Below the pieces are notes generated by a model, which made no database searches, was not told where the DNA came from, and worked only from the letters and a program-made list of their open reading frames with translations. The position numbers were made by a program, and so were the translations under genes. From Mobula hypostoma (taxonomy: Eukaryota), in NCBI RefSeq assembly GCF_963921235.1, contig NC_086108.1, positions 18,600,001-18,664,000 of the forward strand: a DNA stretch of 64,000 nucleotides, read 5' to 3'. Below, piece by piece: positions 62,573 through 64,000 of the stretch (the stretch's first letter is position 1; the number at the start of each line of letters is the position of its first letter).

Positions 62573-64000
62573 CTGGAAAATGGTTAGTTATTGAATGATT
62601 TTGGTTGTGAAATATCATTGTGAGCTTATCATAATGCATGTACTTGTGGACATTTATGATTGTGAAGAAGGATGTGAATTTCTGTGTTTTGGTCTTTGTG
62701 TATTTGTTCAGACTCATGATAACTCCCCCTACCGCATTCCAAAGAATGGGCCATCCCTTATCTCCTTAAGGAGGCGATCCTGAAAGGCTCGTTTTGGTGT
62801 GAGAGAAGGAGAGAGGGTGTGGTAGGGTGGTCTGTATTACTTCACTCGAGACCTAAAGGTTGGATAGTATATGTCTGTATTTTCTCTTTTGTCATTTTGC
62901 CAATTTTTTTGCACTGTAAATATTTTTTTTACTTGTGACACACAATAAACACCTTTGCACTGAATGTGCCTACCATCTGTTCTTTAAGGTCCACACCTTC
63001 ATAAAGGCACGCAACCCTCACCAAAACCCGATGCTGTGACACATAGTTCCCCTTTCTCTTCCGCGTGTTTTAAAGACACCTTCCCTAACCTTACTGTATT
63101 CTTCCTTACCGTATACTGCTGAATGGTTATTGAATGAGTAGCGCTCTCTTCACCATCTTTCTGTCTTCAGTTTCCAAGCCCCAACCAACAAAAATGAGCT
63201 CTCTTACTGATCAACACTGGTGCATTTTCTGTGTACTTTTGCAATGGAGACTCAGACTTAGCCTGTCAAGGTGATAGACACGACAGGCGGATGGCTTTGA
63301 TGCTGACATCAACTGGTTATATGACTTCTGCTCCCTCACTGCCACCCTAAGGAGACCACCCTCTGGACCTCACTCAGAGGCTGGGCAGGCTGTCAATCAT
63401 AAATGAGCATTACACAACTATTGACTGATAACCCGTTCCCCGGATAACTAGTGTGGCTGCTGCTGGCTTAATGGACCAGTCATGGAAATGAAAAGGAAGC
63501 TCTAGCTCTGTCTACACGTTGCCCCATGTCACACGGGGAACAAGCTAATAACTGCACTGTCATCCCAACCCACGGCTTACTGTGTTACCCAATGTCTACA
63601 CCACTAAGCAAGCCTGCTGAAAGTTCCACTGGAACCCCCATAGGATAATTGGATAGTTCCATTAAATTTCTAAGTAACTCATTGAGAGATTAGCCTACTG
63701 GAAAAGGGTTATCAAAGAACAGACATTTCAGACCACAGTGGCTATTAACTAGCCATGTACGGCAATGCCACCATCCCTTTTATTCCCCTCAGATTCTCAT
63801 CAATGGCCCTCAAAATTCTACCATTCACCTCAACACTGGGGGCAATTTATAGCAGGTAATTACCCTCCCGGGGTAACAGTGCACCCAAAGGAAACACATG
63901 TAGTCCCAAGGTAAATTAAACATACACTCAAAAGCAGGTCTCCGGAGCTGTTTGACAGCAGCCTTACTGCATCACTCCAGTAGTGTGCAGTTTAGCTTGG

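Overview
This is vertebrate non-coding DNA, mostly stacked and nested transposon debris; the repeat repertoire suggests a cartilaginous fish, probably a ray (inference). It holds one full-length CR1 LINE (3456-7998, intact esterase-type ORF1, disrupted ORF2), a second long CR1 on the minus strand (40843-44297) and many CR1 fragments. Also present are two decayed Gypsy elements, several solo LTRs with TSDs, Rex1/Babar LINEs, a HERO-like RLE fragment, Penelope-like elements, hAT and Tc1-type remnants, and SINE remnants. No host gene could be identified, though a few minus-strand exon candidates exist. Two signals stand out. (1) Both long CR1s end ORF1 on an in-phase U_UUA_AAC-type slippery heptamer directly before the stop, with ORF2 open in the -1 frame; one copy has no AUG before the endonuclease, suggesting programmed -1 ribosomal frameshifting. 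(2) Eight copies of a minimal hammerhead ribozyme motif occur in Penelope-like termini, two of them as ~100-bp stand-alone insertions with 14-15 bp TSDs.
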